This document shows, in pieces, positions 38,200-51,289 of a DNA stretch of 64,000 nt (position 1 is the first letter of the stretch; each line of letters begins with the position of its first letter). The notes under the pieces are model-generated. The model made no database searches, was not told the DNA's origin, and saw only the letters and a program-made list of their open reading frames with translations. The stretch lies in assembly GCF_006345805.1 (NCBI RefSeq), contig NC_042997.1:180296001-180360000 (forward strand), read 5' to 3'. The translations under genes were made by a program, and so were the position numbers. This DNA comes from Octopus sinensis (taxonomy: Eukaryota).

Positions 38200-38700
38200 T
38201 ATTATGTATGTATGTATGTATGTATGTATGTATTTATGTATGTATGTATGTATGTATGTATGTATGTATGTATGTATGTATATATGTATGTTTGTATATA
38301 CGTATGTAAGCATATGTGCAGATTTGTATGTTTTGTTTTATGTATGTATTCTCACGCATATTCTTGTATATCTAGACATGCTCAGGGATACTTAAATAGT
38401 AAACTTCTGGAAAGTTTTAAAGAGTTTTACAATTCCAATGATGGCTTGGATGTGTAGTCTTCGAATCAACTTTCTTCTTTCAGGTTTTGAGAAGCCTAAT
38501 GTCTCAAGATTGGTATTTAGGCAGTGTGTTACATATCCCAGTACCCCAATATTCACAGGTATAAACTTGAACTTGTAAGCTGCATAGACTAGCAGTAGAT
38601 TCCTCGATAGTTCAGTGTATTTTCTGTCTTTGCTGACATTTAGCTTTAAGCTAATATCCGCTGGGCACTTGATTTCCACAACTGTACACACATTTATTTT
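38200..38700 (-). mobile_element. RLE-type LINE 3' end (endonuclease C-terminus, 3' UTR, TACA tract)
   Basis: VVEIKCPAD..KYTELSRNL..FIPVNIGVLG..KTFQKF; paralogue at 57543-57833. Confidence 0.85.
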
Positions 38701-38859
38701 TGCATGTATGTATGTATGTATGTATGTATGTATGTATGTATGTTCACGGTTACCAATGCACAAAATACAGTTCAAATGGTGATAAGTTGACTTTCGTTCC
38801 ATAAAATCTACAGCTGTTGTACAATTTTTACCTATCTGTACCTGACAGCGTCAGCAGTA

Positions 38860-38890
38860 GCAATAGCAGCATCAGCGTTAGTAGTAATAA

Positions 38891-38928
<38 letters not shown>

Positions 38929-39065
38929 ATTTTTTCATGCTGTTGTTGTTGTTGTTGTTGTTGTTGTTGTGGTGGTGGTGGTGGTGGTGGTGGTGGTTGT
39001 GGTAGTGGTAGTGGTGGTGGTGATGCTGCTACTGGTGCTGTTGCTGGTGCTGGTGCTAGTATCGG
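38860..39065 (+). repeat. Compound trinucleotide run (AGT)n-(GTT)n-(GGT)n-(GCT)n
   Basis: Direct reading. Confidence 0.95.
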
Positions 39066-40079
39066 TTTTTGTTGCAGTTGCTGGGAATGGTGACTGTCCT
39101 GCTGATATTGGTGTATGAGGCGATAGTAGCGATGCATAAGATTATATCAGACGTACAGGACTTCATTTATTTGACCTGATATGTTTCACAAAACGGTTTG
39201 TTGTCCACGCCAAGAAGAGATTAAACAAATGCTATCTCACCACCATTATGAATATCCAAAACAAAATAAACAGTGTAATATCTATGATAACAGTAAAAGA
39301 AAAAATGTCAACGTTAGCTATCGGTGTTAATAATGATGTATCTAAATGTAATTAAATGTTGAACTACATAGATCTAAATGATGGATTTAATCATGTCAAT
39401 ATTGTAATCTAGATTGTATACTGAATACATTAATTCATATTAATTTCGTGAATGTATATATGTTGCTATTTCCTTTAATGTGTATAAGTGGCTCGGTAGT
39501 AACTCTTCTCCGGTGATTTGTAAGCTTACTTGTTAGTTTTATCATGAACGTGATTAAATACCATTATCTCTACATTATGTATCCCGCCTGTTTTTTTTCT
39601 TCTTCCTTTTGTCTTTTCTATGGAAGTATGACATTTATCTGAATCATTTACAAGCCGAAGTAAATAGTAATCTATGATGGCGGTCTCAAATTAATACAAG
39701 TCATCCTTCCGCTCGATTAGTTTCGATTAATCACATTATCTTTGACGACCTATTCGAGTTAATTTTGGTGGATGAAAAGAAAAGACTGAGTACTAGAGTA
39801 AGACATAGTCAATTGGTAATTAATAATAGCAAATCTGAATGCCGTGTAGTGATACAACAAAATTGCATAAAGGATCAGTTCTAAAGATTCATAGAAAATG
39901 TATCTTATCTGCTTGAAAGAAGTGAGAGCTAACCTGCGATCTGCCATTTTAGAAAATCACTAAGATTTTTTTCAGTCATATAGATTACTCAGTGGAACAT
40001 GTATAATAATCTTTTTCTGTTTCATTGGTCTGCATTCGGGAATTTTTGTATTTTTACTTTTATTCATGGAGGTGATGTT

Positions 40080-42200
40080 ATATATTCTGGGTTGCTGATT
40101 TTAAATATCTAACCATTTTGCTCTGTCACATAAAGGATGTTCAATAAAATACAAATTAATAATAATAAAAAAATGTAAATTCTTAATAAAATGTTACTTT
40201 ATTAAAATGAAGAAATAATCAAGAAAAAGCATATTCTGTTAGTCTTAAGAATATATGTTTTCCAAATCAACATGAAAGAAACCAGGATCATCATAAGATG
40301 AATCAGAATTATCAATATCAAATCAAATGAATGTAAAAAATATGCTCCTAATGGTTAGCTTACACATTGATTGAAAGGAAGGAGGACCGCTTTGATTTCC
40401 GCTTGTGCTGTGCATCGGGACTATCACATTTCAATGCCCAGCAGTAATCCGCCATAATGCTAACATTACATTTGCCCTGGTATCGTGTTTCTATGGCATG
40501 GTGCAAATGTCTTGATGGAATCGCTCTCCTTGTTCCTCACTGTGTTCCGCGCATTTCTTGAGAAAACAGTCAAGATGCGAATGCAAAAAAAAAATGCATC
40601 CTCACACTCATTCTAGACCCGTGTTATTGGAAACTTGATATCAGGTTTTGGATAATTTTTTTCATATTCTAGGGAGCGGCTGTTTGCAAGAAGTTTTGGA
40701 CAATCTTCTTGAAGGAAAACCAGGCATTCACTTCGACATCTTCTAATGCTTCCTCAAAATACTTGTCCCTCATCAATTCCCGAATCAAAGGACCAACAAA
40801 AATCATTTTAGCTTGCCTTCACTTATACGAGGTAACTTTCACTCCAAGTGCTTGAAAGAAACTCCATTATTGTTCAGGGCCTTTACAAAGTTTTCATAAG
40901 CCCTAATTTGATGTGCAGTGGTAGCAACATAATTGTTTGCGGGTCAAGTAGTGGCACAGCTTTCATGTTGTCATTTTCGGGTAAGAAGCTGGTTCTTGGT
41001 GGCCAGTCGTTTTGTTCATAGTGCTGGCTGTCTGCACTACTATCCCAAAGACACAGAACACAGCGATACTTAGAGTATCCCATTTTAAGACCTACTAGGA
41101 GAGCAATCAATTTTAAATCACCACAAATGAGAATATTGTGATTATGGTACTTGATTGCAGTTATAACTGTCTTCATATTTTCGTAAACATCTGGCATTTG
41201 GACACTATGGCAATTGGTACAGATGCAGGTGTGTTGCCAATGTAGAGAAGGACAGCCTGTAAACTTCTGTTAGAAGACTCAACGAAGAGCCTCCATTCAT
41301 ATGCTTTGTAAAACATCCCCATGTGTTCAATAAGGTCACGAAAATTTGAACAGAAAACTAAAGAATGCTCTTTCTCAAATAACTGAGTGAAATCCGCTTC
41401 ACGATGACTGTGTCGTTCCAGGAGCTAGAGGCTTGTGTTCCTGCAGTCTAGAGCCAAGTAAATGCACTTTATTTTCGAAGGTTAAGGTTGATAACCAAGT
41501 CATTGAGTTCAACTTGGTTGAAGAATTTGGGATCATCATTTGTTGGAGGCTCAAAATCTACTTCCATCTCATCAGTATCACTAGTATCAGACTCTGATGA
41601 AATTTTCAGTGTCTCAGGTGACACAGTAACAGGAATATCATCTGAATGAAGAACAGGCCTTATTGCTGAAGGAATATTTGGATATATTATGCGATCTGTA
41701 ATCTTCTTGTTGAATCCAGTTACTTTAGTCATACACATACAAAAGTAGCATTTATAGTGGTTCATTTGCACCCACCATACCATTGGTACTCCAAAGTTAA
41801 AACATTTATGTTCTCCTAGTAATCACATTTGAAGCTTACTAATGTAACTCTTGCAAGTTTGTGAGGTCCAAATGGCTTGTCTTGGCCTCCCAGTTTGCAG
41901 CCAAAATAAGCTGAATAGCAGCACTTCAACAAAGAGCAATATTGCTCCGGGAATCTGAAGGGGTGAAGTGCCGCAGACATAGCAGCATATATCTGGTGAA
42001 TTGATGCAGCCTCTAGACATATTCACAGACTGAATATAAAGAAAATATTTTAGATTTAACATCTAAGTGAATATAAGCTAAGCATCTTAATTTATCATTT
42101 ATTTATATTATGCAAAAAGAAAAAAGTAACGTCTCCGTATAACTTGACAACCTAATGTGATAGAGATGAATAAAAAACACATTGACTCATTATTTTACAT
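40080..42200 (-). mobile_element. Degenerate DNA transposon, probably Chapaev3-like (CMC group); transposase pseudogene ~40383-42025
   Basis: MSRGCINSPDICCYVCG; CYFC; ICGDLKLIALLVG; LPLHIKLGLMK; QGKCNVSIMADYCWALK in broken frames. Superfamily assigned from recall. Confidence 0.75.
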
Positions 42201-42768
42201 ATATATTCAGAAAAAGATACCAGACAGCCAATAAAAAAAAACTTGCAGAACTGTGTTTCTGATCTTCAAAAACTGTTGTTTTGGATGCTCGCAACAATAG
42301 ATAGTCTGCAAAAACCCTAAGCACGGGTGATCGACTAATATAGAATAGTGTACTAACAATGAAGAATTTTCCCTTCGACTATGAGTCAAGTCACATTACT
42401 AAACTAATCAACTGTAAATAATACCAGCGAAATTAGTAGGCACTTACACCCGCTTCAAAATTTCCGCACGTGTGTGACAGCTAGGTGCCTTTTCATGTCA
42501 ATCAAACTGAATACTTTCATTATTGTTTAACAATTTATTAGGTTCTGCGCACAACCTTTCAATTTGCCGTATGTGTGCCGCGATCAGAGTTTATAAAATA
42601 GATGTGTTTGCTATTAATGGCAAGAGAAAAGATCTGATTAACTGTTTACTATTTTTGTCCAAAACAGTTCAACACAACTTACCACAGATTGCATTTCTGT
42701 TCAGCCATAGTGAACTCTAGACAACAACAGACATAATTTAACGAATAATGCATCGGCAAATGTGCTTC

Positions 42769-42814
<46 letters not shown>

Positions 42815-43308
42815 GCGTGTATATATATGTGTATGTGCATAGTTATAGTTTCGTTTGGTGACGGAATCAAATTTAATCAATTGTTGTTGTGAAGAAGAGA
42901 AGTGGATTCCATCAAACGCTTTTATCGAAAGTGCATTCCAGATAAACGGAGTCTCAATTTAATAATAATAGGTTACTATCAGCGTAATGAGTGTGCAGCT
43001 TTTAAAGGAAAATATTCTGTGGTTTGCTTTTGCAATTCAGTCACGACTCAAAATGTTTGATCATTAACTTCACACTCATTTGAGCTTTGCCAGTATTAAA
43101 ACGTTGAAAAGTATAAATTCGCAAATTCTGATAAGTTAACAAAACAGTACATAACAAAAGATACCATATAAATTTTCACAGACTAGAAAGCGTAAAGCTA
43201 ATTAAAATTAATGTATATTTTCACAGACAGCAATGTAATATCAAAATATTGGAGTAGATGCTTTCTTAATAAATGGGTATGCTCATTTAATAATAGTGGG
43301 CATATATT

Positions 43309-43376
<68 letters not shown>

Positions 43377-43541
43377 ATAGAAAGAGAGAAGATAGAGTGA
43401 GAGACAGATAGATAGATAGATAGAAAGATACATACATACACGCATATATATATATATATACATACACCTATATGTGTATATATATGTACCCGTAGATAGA
43501 TAGAGACATATTTACATGTATACATACATATATACATATAA

Positions 43542-43572
<31 letters not shown>

Positions 43573-43573
43573 C

Positions 43574-43655
<82 letters not shown>

Positions 43656-44458
43656 CTAGCAGCATAGCTCGGCGTTGCCCGGGTATGTAAGAGTCCCTAG
43701 TAGGCAACGACTAATCCCAATCTAGTCCTTTCCCTCTAGGGAACGAAGGCGCATGTGTAGGTTGCAATGTCTTCTTTTCACTCCCAAATAAATATCAAAC
43801 AGCTATCGATAATTCAACCCAACCAATTCCTACCAGGAAGAAATTACATTCGAGACTTTACCCCCAACACCGCCACTTCTGCTAATAGCTGCTGCAGCCG
43901 CAAGTTATTCGAATACTTTTTTTGTTTGCACTTTCTTTATAACTACCACCCCAAACGTTTTACCTTAAATTTTTGATGTACCCTAAGGGTCCTCAGACGC
44001 TTCTTGCAAACTCTTGGTTTATTATAAACCGTTTTTGTCGTGTGCATCAAAAAACCTTTTCCATTCGTTTGTTCAGTTTTGTCACTTTTGACTTTTTCGT
44101 TGTTGTCACTCACATTGCTGCCCGCTTTTTTGCCGTTTTTGTACAGTTTTATACATTTTGGGATACTTAGCCCACGTGTTTCGAGAGTTAAAAAGGTCGA
44201 GTTGCGTCCCCTAGACAGTCTGTAGAAAATGTGTTGCATATAAAAAGCTTAGATTCTCGACCCATGTCGAATTTATCGATTTTTTTTCAGAACTGGGGGA
44301 ACTTTTCAAAATTTTCGCTGCGTTAGTTTTGAATTATGACATTGGGCTACGTGTGTGTCACGTTTCATCAGAATCGGTAGAAAGCCGTGGTCAGGGTGAG
44401 GGTACAATCTGACAGATACACACACACACAGACAGACAAACTGCCGTTTATATATAGA
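43656..44458 (-). mobile_element. Non-autonomous Helitron, family B
   Basis: A|TC 5' end at 44458; hairpin cccgggcaacgccgag and CTAG|T end at 43656; inserted in TA microsatellite. Confidence 0.88.
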
Positions 44459-45035
44459 TATATATATATATACATATATATATACATACATACATGCTTG
44501 CATACATACATAATTCTTACATACATACATACATGCATGCATACATACATGCATACATACACACATACAATTCTCACTCTCTATATGTATACATACATAT
44601 ATACATGTATGTGTGTGTGTACATGCATATGCTTATGGTTGTGTTCGATGAACGTTTGCAGTGTGTTTGCCTGTTTATAAATCTGAGCGTCTAGTTTTGC
44701 GCACGTGTTTCTTTTCCTATCCACATTACTCTTTATATATATGTGCATGAATGTATTTGAGTTTCATACAGACGTCTTTATTTCCACATAAGGGTGCACA
44801 TGTGTGTAGCCTTATTAATGCTTATTATATACTTGCATAAACTCAAACATATACATTCAACTATCCGCGCGTGCAGACGCATAAACACACGCGGTTTATG
44901 TGATATTGCACTTTATGGAGACCATGTTATAAAAATCAAATGCAAATTCCAGTGTAAAGTTTTAGCGGTTATATGATTGACATTCAAATATTGAGGCCAA
45001 TTGGGTTTTTTTCTTTATCTCATTTCTCATTTTCT

Positions 45036-45424
45036 CATTTACTTGTTTCAGTCATTTGACTGCGGCCATGCTGGGGCACCGCCTTTAGTCGATCAAATCG
45101 ACCCCGGAACTTATTCTTTGTAAGCCCAGTACTTATTCTATCGGTCTCTTTTGCCGAACCGCTAAGTGGCGGGGACGTAGACACACCAGCATCGGTTGTC
45201 AAGCAATGCTAGGGGGACAAACACAGACACACAAACACACACACACACATATATATATATACGACAGGCTTCTTTCAGTTTCCGTCTACCAAATCCACTC
45301 ACAAGGCATTGGTCGGCCCGGGGCTATAGCAGAAGACACTTGCCCAAGATGCCACGCAGTGGGACTGAACCCGCAACCATGTGGTTGGTTAGCAAGCTAC
45401 TTACCACACAGCCACTCCTGCGCC
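45036..45424 (-). mobile_element. SINE family A, full length
   Basis: Reverse complement of the 7216-7672 family. Confidence 0.94.
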
Positions 45425-45774
45425 TATAGTTACAAATGTCAATTCGTTTGTATAAATAACAGGTTTGCGCATAGGTCATAACGCTGGAAAAACGATGACG
45501 TAAACGATTTTGACGTAAGAAAAGAAAATATTAAAACAAAATACGATAGTAACGACCAAGTATATGATCATGATGCTGTGGTTCTGTAACCATTGCTGTT
45601 GCTTGTTGTACTGCTAGTAATGATTGTGTTCATTGTGGTACTGATACAGTTGCTGCTAATGAATGTGATCGCACTGAGGATTTAATAATTTTGATGTTGA
45701 CACGAAGATGATAATGAGGATCATTAACATTGAGATGATGTAGACGATGATTTCAGCATCTGCTGCCGCTGTTG

Positions 45775-46001
45775 CAGTAGTAGTAGTAGTAGTAGTGGTG
45801 GTGGTGGTGGTGATGGTGTGGTGGTGGTGGTGGTAGTTGTTGCTGTTGTGGTGGTGGTGGTGGTTTCTGGTGGTAATTGTAATAGTAGTTGTAGTGGTGG
45901 TGGTGATGGTAGTAATAGTAGTTGTAGTTGTATTTGTAGTAGTAATAGTTGTAATAGTAGTAGTAGTAGTAGTAGTTGTAGTAGTAGTAGTAGTAGTACT
46001 C

Positions 46002-46040
<39 letters not shown>

Positions 46041-46055
46041 CTCGTAGTAGTACTC

Positions 46056-46105
<50 letters not shown>
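45775..46105 (+). repeat. Compound (AGT)n/(GGT)n/(GTT)n microsatellite
   Basis: Direct reading; it explains the poly-S/V/L ORFs. Confidence 0.96.
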
Positions 46106-46106
<1 letters not shown>

Positions 46107-46473
46107 AATTTTCTTTTTCTCGTGGTTTAGCTACTTCAGCAGCATCTGCAGCTGCGAATACGGTATGTTTGAAAAATGGCAGCGAATGCGGTAATGGTAA
46201 TGATGGCAATACCAGAGACCACTCTACTGATTTCTAACATAGCCAGAAAATTGCAATTAATGAGTATTACATTGGCATTTGTGTGGGTCGGCATTACCCA
46301 AGTAACAGGGGGATACTAGAGTAAATATGGTGTGATTATTAATTATTTCAATTTACAATCTTAGTACAAAATCCGTCACAAGTGAATTTGACTGTATTTC
46401 TTTCGTTACGAATAGAACGAAACCTATCCAACCCTGGATTATGTAATTGGGTATGCTTTGTGATTAATTTGTG

Positions 46474-46710
46474 GAGGCAAGTGGCTTAGTGATTAGGGTG
46501 TCAACATCATGATTGTAAGATTGTGGTTTCGATTCCTGGACCAGTGGACGCGTTGTGTTCTTGAGCAAAACACTTCATTTCCCGTTGCTGTAGTCCACTC
46601 AGCTGGCCAAAATGAGTGACGCTGCGATGGATTGGCGTCCCGTCCAGCTGGGGAACACATACGCCATAGAAACCGGGAAACTGCGCCCATGAGCATGTCT
46701 AGGCTTTAAA
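46474..46710 (+). mobile_element. tRNA-derived SINE with V/CORE-like central domain
   Basis: tggcttagtgattaggg..ggtttcgattcc head; gcgatggattggcgtcccgtccag central motif. Confidence 0.75.
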
Positions 46711-47933
46711 CGCGCGCATTTATTATTTATTATTGTGACTAATTTAATACTAATTATAACATTGTTGATGTTGATGCCGTTGCGGTTGTGTAACCTCAGT
46801 TTAGCCTTCATCGAACAAGCCATTGCTACACCTGTAGCTTGTCGAACTACGAGTTAACCCACAGACAATCATCTTCTTAGTTTTGTCATGCCACCTCATA
46901 GCTGATTAGTATCATGCCCACCTATATGCAGTTATTAATCTCTTTGAATGCATATTAAAAGATGGTCAGTGATGGACGTGATTATATATGGCTGTAGACC
47001 CTGGATGAATTGTTCCATTTTCACTGTTATTGTTGGGGTATATAAGCCAGTGTAATAATTATAGGCAGTAGAGCGGTCGATGTTACAAATATTTTTATTG
47101 ATATGTTTCTTTTGCTTGACAAAGATGAACGCTTCTGGGAGTAGGATGAACATTAGGATAGATGGAGGTGACTTTTACATGCACTGATAAGTACAGTGCG
47201 AATTGAATACGGATCCTACAGCAAAGTGTATCCTGAATATGACCAATGGATTCTTTAGTTTTAGCATTCTTGGTTCGTTGTGTATACATGAGTTATATAC
47301 AATGTGATAAAATGCGTAGTGCGCTATTGTGGATTATAATTATAGATTATGAAAAGGGTTGAAATAGCACAATCAGGGAGAACTAGCAAAATCCATGGTG
47401 GATTTAATGTATTTCTTGCACACTGTTGAATTGATTGCCAAAGTAAATTTCTTCATTGTTTTACAGATATAACCATCCTTGCGTATTGTGACTATTGTGT
47501 TTAGGTAAAATAGATTTATTAATCGTTTTGTATTCTCTACTTTATATGGTTTTTAGTAGATGACATTACAAGGTCTGATAAGGGCATTCATATGACAAAA
47601 GCTGTATGAGATATTCTTTGATGTCGACACTACGTTATGGTTTGAAATGGCTATTGTTATCGATGCTGCTAATTACATAATATATGATATTTTATTGTTC
47701 ATTTTGTGGTTTATGTAGTTTGCAGCTGTTGATAGTTATTGCACTGAAAGGACAACAGCGAGTATATTGAGATAATGAAGAAGATAGGAGAAAGAGGGGA
47801 AAAAGGAGGAGATGGAATTAAGATTGATGGAGACTAACAAGCAATAGTCCAGAAGCTTGTTCTTAACTGCAGAAATAGAAGTGCGGTTAACATGTTCGCT
47901 TCTTCGGTATATGTTACCGTGTTTGATCACATA

Positions 47934-48232
47934 GGCGCAGGAGTGGCTGTGTGGTAAGTAGCTTGCTAACCAACCACATGGTTCTGGGTTCAGTCCCACT
48001 GCGTGGCACCTTGGGCAAGTGCCTTCTACTATAGCCTCGGGCCGACCAAAGCCTTGTGAGTGGATTTGGTAGACGGAAACTGAAGGAAGCCCGTTGTATA
48101 TATGTATATATATATATATATATATGTGCGTGTGTGTTTGTGTGTATGTGCTTGTCCCCCTAGCATTGCTTGACAACCGATGCTGGTGTGTTTATGTCCC
48201 CGTTACTTAGCGGTTCGGCAAAAGAGTAAAGA
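47934..48232 (+). mobile_element. SINE family A, 3' part deleted
   Basis: Head and body match 7216; jumps to the aaagagtaaagag tail. Confidence 0.92.
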
Positions 48233-48418
48233 GTATAGCATGGCTGTTTTCGAAATTAACTTCTGAAAATTATAATCCTGCATTAAATCTTAAGTAAATG
48301 ACCAGTTAAAAATATTTATATTACCTACATTTATTCTTTTAAAAGCTTCGTAAATGCTTACCTTCAGTTTAGTAATATTTCTCCGGGAATCTAAAGGGGT
48401 GAACTGTACCATAATCTC

Positions 48419-48733
48419 TTAGCCCACCGCCTTCAGCTTCTCTGACGTCTTCTTTGTACGATGTGCTAGCGCGCTGTCATAGTGGTAAAATATCTTCTTC
48501 AAATTTGCGCGATTTTTGGCCTGTGCGATCTTTAGATTGTCGATTTGTTCATAGTAGACATCCTTGTAAACGTTGGTATTGCGTGGGAGAAGATCCAACA
48601 TGGTCACACCACGACAATCCCACCAAACTGAGATCATAACCTTCTTTTGCACAAGCGGTACTTTTGGCGAAGGTTTTGGCTGTTGGCCTTTGCTACACCA
48701 GGATCCTTTGCGCCTGTGAGCAGACTTTGACAT
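48419..48733 (-). mobile_element. Mariner transposase catalytic-region remnant
   Basis: RKGSW..KKVMISVWWDCRGV..LLP..YYEQ..HYDSALAHRTKKT resembles mariner KVMLSVWWD..HDNARPH; the N-terminal HTH and first Asp are absent. Confidence 0.85.
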
Positions 48734-48788
48734 GCACGGAACGTGCTTGTTTGTTCGCTTCAGTCAAAGCTTGCTGACCTTGCCGAGT

Positions 48789-48847
48789 CTTTATATAGCC
48801 ACAATAGATACGCTGGCTGCTCCTGATTGGACGGTGACGCTGATTGG
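48789..48847 (-). promoter_or_regulatory. Candidate Pol II promoter: two CCAATCAG boxes and TATATAAAG
   Basis: CCAATCAG at 48847-48840 and 48830-48823; TATA at 48797-48789; all on the minus strand in a GC-rich patch. Confidence 0.4.
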
Positions 48848-49067
48848 TTGCGGGATTGAAGGTGGCTTGGTCGTCCAAGAACATTCTTACCAATGTAATA
48901 TATATATATATTTATATATATGGGCGACGCACGTCTTATTTTAAATGGCGGTGCCCCAGCATGGCCACAACTCGTGAGCTGAAACTACATGAAATAAATA
49001 GATAAATATATATGTATGTATGTATGTATGTATATATATGCATGTATATATATATATATATATATAT

Positions 49068-49180
<113 letters not shown>

Positions 49181-49829
49181 CAGATTTCTATGAAGTGTGC
49201 TTCATGTGTTTTGGAGTTCATGTACGAAGAGTATTTGTGTAAGACCACTATAACTGACACCAAAGTACATCCATTGTACATTTGAATTTAGTTTTAATTG
49301 AAGTTATATTTTACCTTGCCTTTTGCAACCTGATATCGATTACGAGTTGTACAGTTCACCCATTTTGCATAAAGTATACGTAATAACTTTATATACTCTG
49401 TGATATATAGGTATCCACATTATATTATCTAAAACATTTTCTAGAGGAAATTATATCATAAAGCGTTTGTTTCTAGCACCACTGCTTCGAATCATGACGA
49501 TTTAGCTAACCAAATGTGATGGAGACACAGCTGAGATAAGATTGGGATTGTTTCCTTTCAGATAAGATTTTGATTGATGGTGTCATCTCCCCAAATGTCT
49601 GATCACCTCCGATATGCTTCGTCATCAACGATATATATTTTACGACACATATTCCTTTAGTGAAAAAGGTTGTTTCGCTCGGTGTACTTTCAAAGACTTA
49701 TAATGACGACAATAGGAAACCACGAACAACTCCGGGTTATAAGTTAGAATTAAATGGTATTAGCGAAGTAACCAAAACTCCGATTTATCATACCCCTGAT
49801 ATACGATCCTTCAAAAATAAAAAGTAATA

Positions 49830-51040
49830 TCTAAAAAGGCCATCCAGTCCGCCTCATGGTCCGAGTAGACCAAACATAAAAGGCGTTGCCCTGGATGCTG
49901 GCAATGTAGATCAGCCACTCTGACTCACAGGCACCCCACTTGCGGATAGTCGACTCCGCCTTGATAGCAGTGAGCAAAAATGTGGCATGGGGGCCGAGAA
50001 CGTGTGAGGTCACCCCTGCCACTGCATCGGCAACAGATATATGAGAGCTTTGGTTACTTTGATAGCCTGTCCTTCTCGGTTTGAGGAGAAGCGAAGCCAA
50101 GGTGGAATGGTAAGTTTGACATGCTATCTGGTCATTTATCAGCCCTGGTGGTTCAAGCTGGGTAGGTGACCCGCGGCGTCTAGGCCATGCTGTATGATCT
50201 CATTGAGAGCAACATAGGGTGAAGGGTGACCAGCACTATAATCGTATAACAATGGGTGAAAACCGGAGAATCTACAATGGATCTGCCTCGGAATCTGTGA
50301 GGGTCACAAATCTGGAGGCCAAGCCTCGGAGAAATACTGGTGCGTAGACAGTTACCATCAAGCTGGCAGTCAGTACAGAGTGATGGCCTGCGTTGAGTTG
50401 TGGGGTTGGGAAGACAAGCGGAAACAACAGACGGTACTGTTCAACTCGGTGAACTAGCCCAACCGAAATTATAATACACCGCATGGCGTCCCAATTTTTT
50501 TAGGGATGAATGTACATCCGCAAAAGGAGGATGAGGATGGACGTCTGCAGTGCAGAGACCAACTGGCTTCAGGTTGCATATGTTTTACGATACCCACAAA
50601 ACTAGTTTTAGTTAAATAACGGAGAACATTATTGATGAGGAGACAGTAAGCAGCTAGCGATGTGAGAAAAGCCTGCAAGACCAGTCAGGTGGGAGAGGCC
50701 ACCATATTGACGGGTGCGGTAGCCTGTTGTCATCCAGTGTCGTCAAACCCGACGTTGTATATCCTTTCAGTAACCCGATGAATACAGGCGTCCAGATCTG
50801 TGATGAAGATGCGTTGCTGTAAAATGAGCACTGTGGGAGTTATGGAGGAACTTCGGTCGGCGTGTGTCTTCTTCCTTGTTCCTGATATCGCGTAGGCGTG
50901 CTAAAAAGAATAGAAATAATTGTTGGAACACTATGAATGAACTTGTTGAGAGCCGTAATTGCACTCAACACGTTGTACCAGGCTTCGACATTAAGAGGTA
51001 GCAGGAAGTCTTTGAGATAGCCGAGGAGAGACTATTGACA
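49830..51040 (-). mobile_element. GC-rich degenerate retroelement fragment, possibly L1/Tx1 endonuclease region
   Basis: Sharp GC step relative to flanks; MVTVYAP motif in ORF 50272-50484; no long intact ORF. Confidence 0.4.
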
Positions 51041-51249
51041 AATTTGCTCCTACTGAAAGAGAAAGACCCCAGAGTAAATAGGATGTCTTTTTCGGAGGCT
51101 ATCTATAGCGGTTGAGGATCGAGGGTAGGATCTCATACACACGCACACACACACACACACGCACACGCATACATACACACACATACTTAAAATATATATG
51201 CTCATATGTGTGTGCGTATGTGTGTACGTATGTGTTTGCGTGAGTGTGT

Positions 51250-51289
<40 letters not shown>

